Shown one piece after another: positions 62,531-64,000 of a DNA stretch of 64,000 nt. Source of the stretch: Takakia lepidozioides (taxonomy: Eukaryota; Plantae; Bryophyta); NCBI GenBank assembly GCA_030704615.1, contig CM060733.1, positions 39,556,001 through 39,620,000 on the forward strand, written 5' to 3'. The notes under the pieces are model-generated. The model saw nothing but the letters and a program-made list of their open reading frames with translations. It did not search any database and had not been told where the DNA came from. Numbering within the stretch: the stretch's first letter is position 1; the number at the start of each line of letters is the position of its first letter. Both the position numbers and the translations under genes were made by a program.

Positions 62531-64000
62531 AAAGAACTCAGCCTGCCAACCAGCAGCTGCACCATGTCAGAAAATCCACAAAGAAGGTTGGGTACAAATT
62601 GTAAGCGCAACAACATTACCAGAATAGCACAGATCAATGGGGAAACTGTACTGACAACACTGTAAGGACATTCAAGATGGATGCTGTGAAGGGAAATGTT
62701 TGCTCTGCAGGGCAAAATACAAAAACATGACAAGTCTCCTCCAACACACAGAGACAACAATGAAAAAAAAGAAATGGTTAAGCCAACATCAGGGGTTGCA
62801 TGATGCTCTGTGTGACCTCTCAAAAGCAACCTCTCAGATTGAAATGAAGGCAAAGTACAATGGTAGGGATGTTGACAGTAGTGAGTCTAGTAAAGAGTAC
62901 GGATATGATGGAATGACAAATGTCCTTGACTAGGATCAATGAGACAATGAAAGCATCTGAAGGACTTAAAGAGAAGGACATGACAGAAGGGCATGTTAAG
63001 CACTAAGAAAATGACTGTGAAGTGACCTTAGGATGCATTGTTGAAAGGAAGGTATTGTGTTGCAGGACAAGGACACAAGTAATAAATATGGATTGGAAGG
63101 ATAATAGTAGACCAATGACTATGCTTGCAGGACCTCAACATCTCAGGAACTACAGGACCCATGAATTACTAAATAAGTAAAGGATATGACAATTGAATGA
63201 CTCAACAAACAAAGGACTAAACAAATCAAAAGCGTACGTGAAAGGTCTCAGCAGTCAAAGGACCAAAGTATGACAATAGGATTGTCAAACATTAATGAAA
63301 CATGGAAATTGACATCACTGTCCAGAATGACTTGAATACTTCAAGGACTATAACATGCACGAAAGGATAAATCAATGTGCAAGTCATGCATTTAGACTAG
63401 ACAACCAAACATCCACTAACAGTTTACATGTAATCAACACTCCTACTCCAAAACCAGTACATTGCAACTCTTCCACTAATAAACTGAGCACAAAGGAGGT
63501 TAAGGCAAGATAGAGGCAGCGAGCAGGTTGTGGACATACCTCTTCATATCCTCAAAAGGATCTACAACACACTTTCAATGTTAAGTTTGACTACATAAAC
63601 AGTCTCATGAGGATTCATATCGCTGCTTCATACAAGATACCATACATACTAACAACATATGTGACTAATCTAACAGTACAGTAGATGGACTCATGGCAAT
63701 GACAATTGCAAAAAAGAGGGTGGGCATCATAGCAATAGGGCCTATGAATCCATGCAATTCAATACAAAGTGATTGAACTATGACTTAGGTATAGTCCATG
63801 CACTCTCACTGTCATGTCCTGTATATCCACACAAATATAGTAAATGAGCAGAGAATATTACCAAAGAAAATAGTGAATCATATTTGAAAGGCCTCTTAAC
63901 AGATTTCAGTCATGAGATGCAGCACTTCAGTCTCATTTTCTCTTCTGTGAAAACTAGAACTAAAAAAGTGATGATGTATATAAGGTCAGGATGAGCCACA

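Overview
Eukaryotic nuclear DNA from a land plant, probably a non-seed lineage (inferred from a long PLS-DYW PPR gene, many PPR relics and an unusual transposon repertoire). Only two probable host genes are present: a 2-exon DUF1005 gene (8230-9735, -) and a PLS-DYW RNA-editing PPR gene (33716-~36301, -). The rest is nested mobile DNA. (1) A PIF/Harbinger element with nuclease and Myb/SANT genes. (2) A 16.8-kb IS3EU-like DNA transposon (11734-28575; TACGG..CCGTA ends, perfect 6-bp TSD GCTGGC). It encodes an IS3-type DDE transposase and a multi-exon HECT E3 ligase, carries intron-containing fragments of PASTICCINO1/FKBP72 and an RCC1-repeat gene, and hosts a nested 2.2-kb fold-back dimer of a related non-autonomous element with its own 6-bp TSD. 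(3) A piggyBac-type MITE with TTAA TSD. (4) A Tourist MITE. (5) A decayed Gypsy element with an extra 3' ORF, split by a 5.7-kb gene-fragment-carrying CACTA element. (6) A decayed Sola-like transposase split by a ~2.16-kb inversion that also splits a PPR fragment. All family assignments come from motif recognition by eye; no database searches were run.
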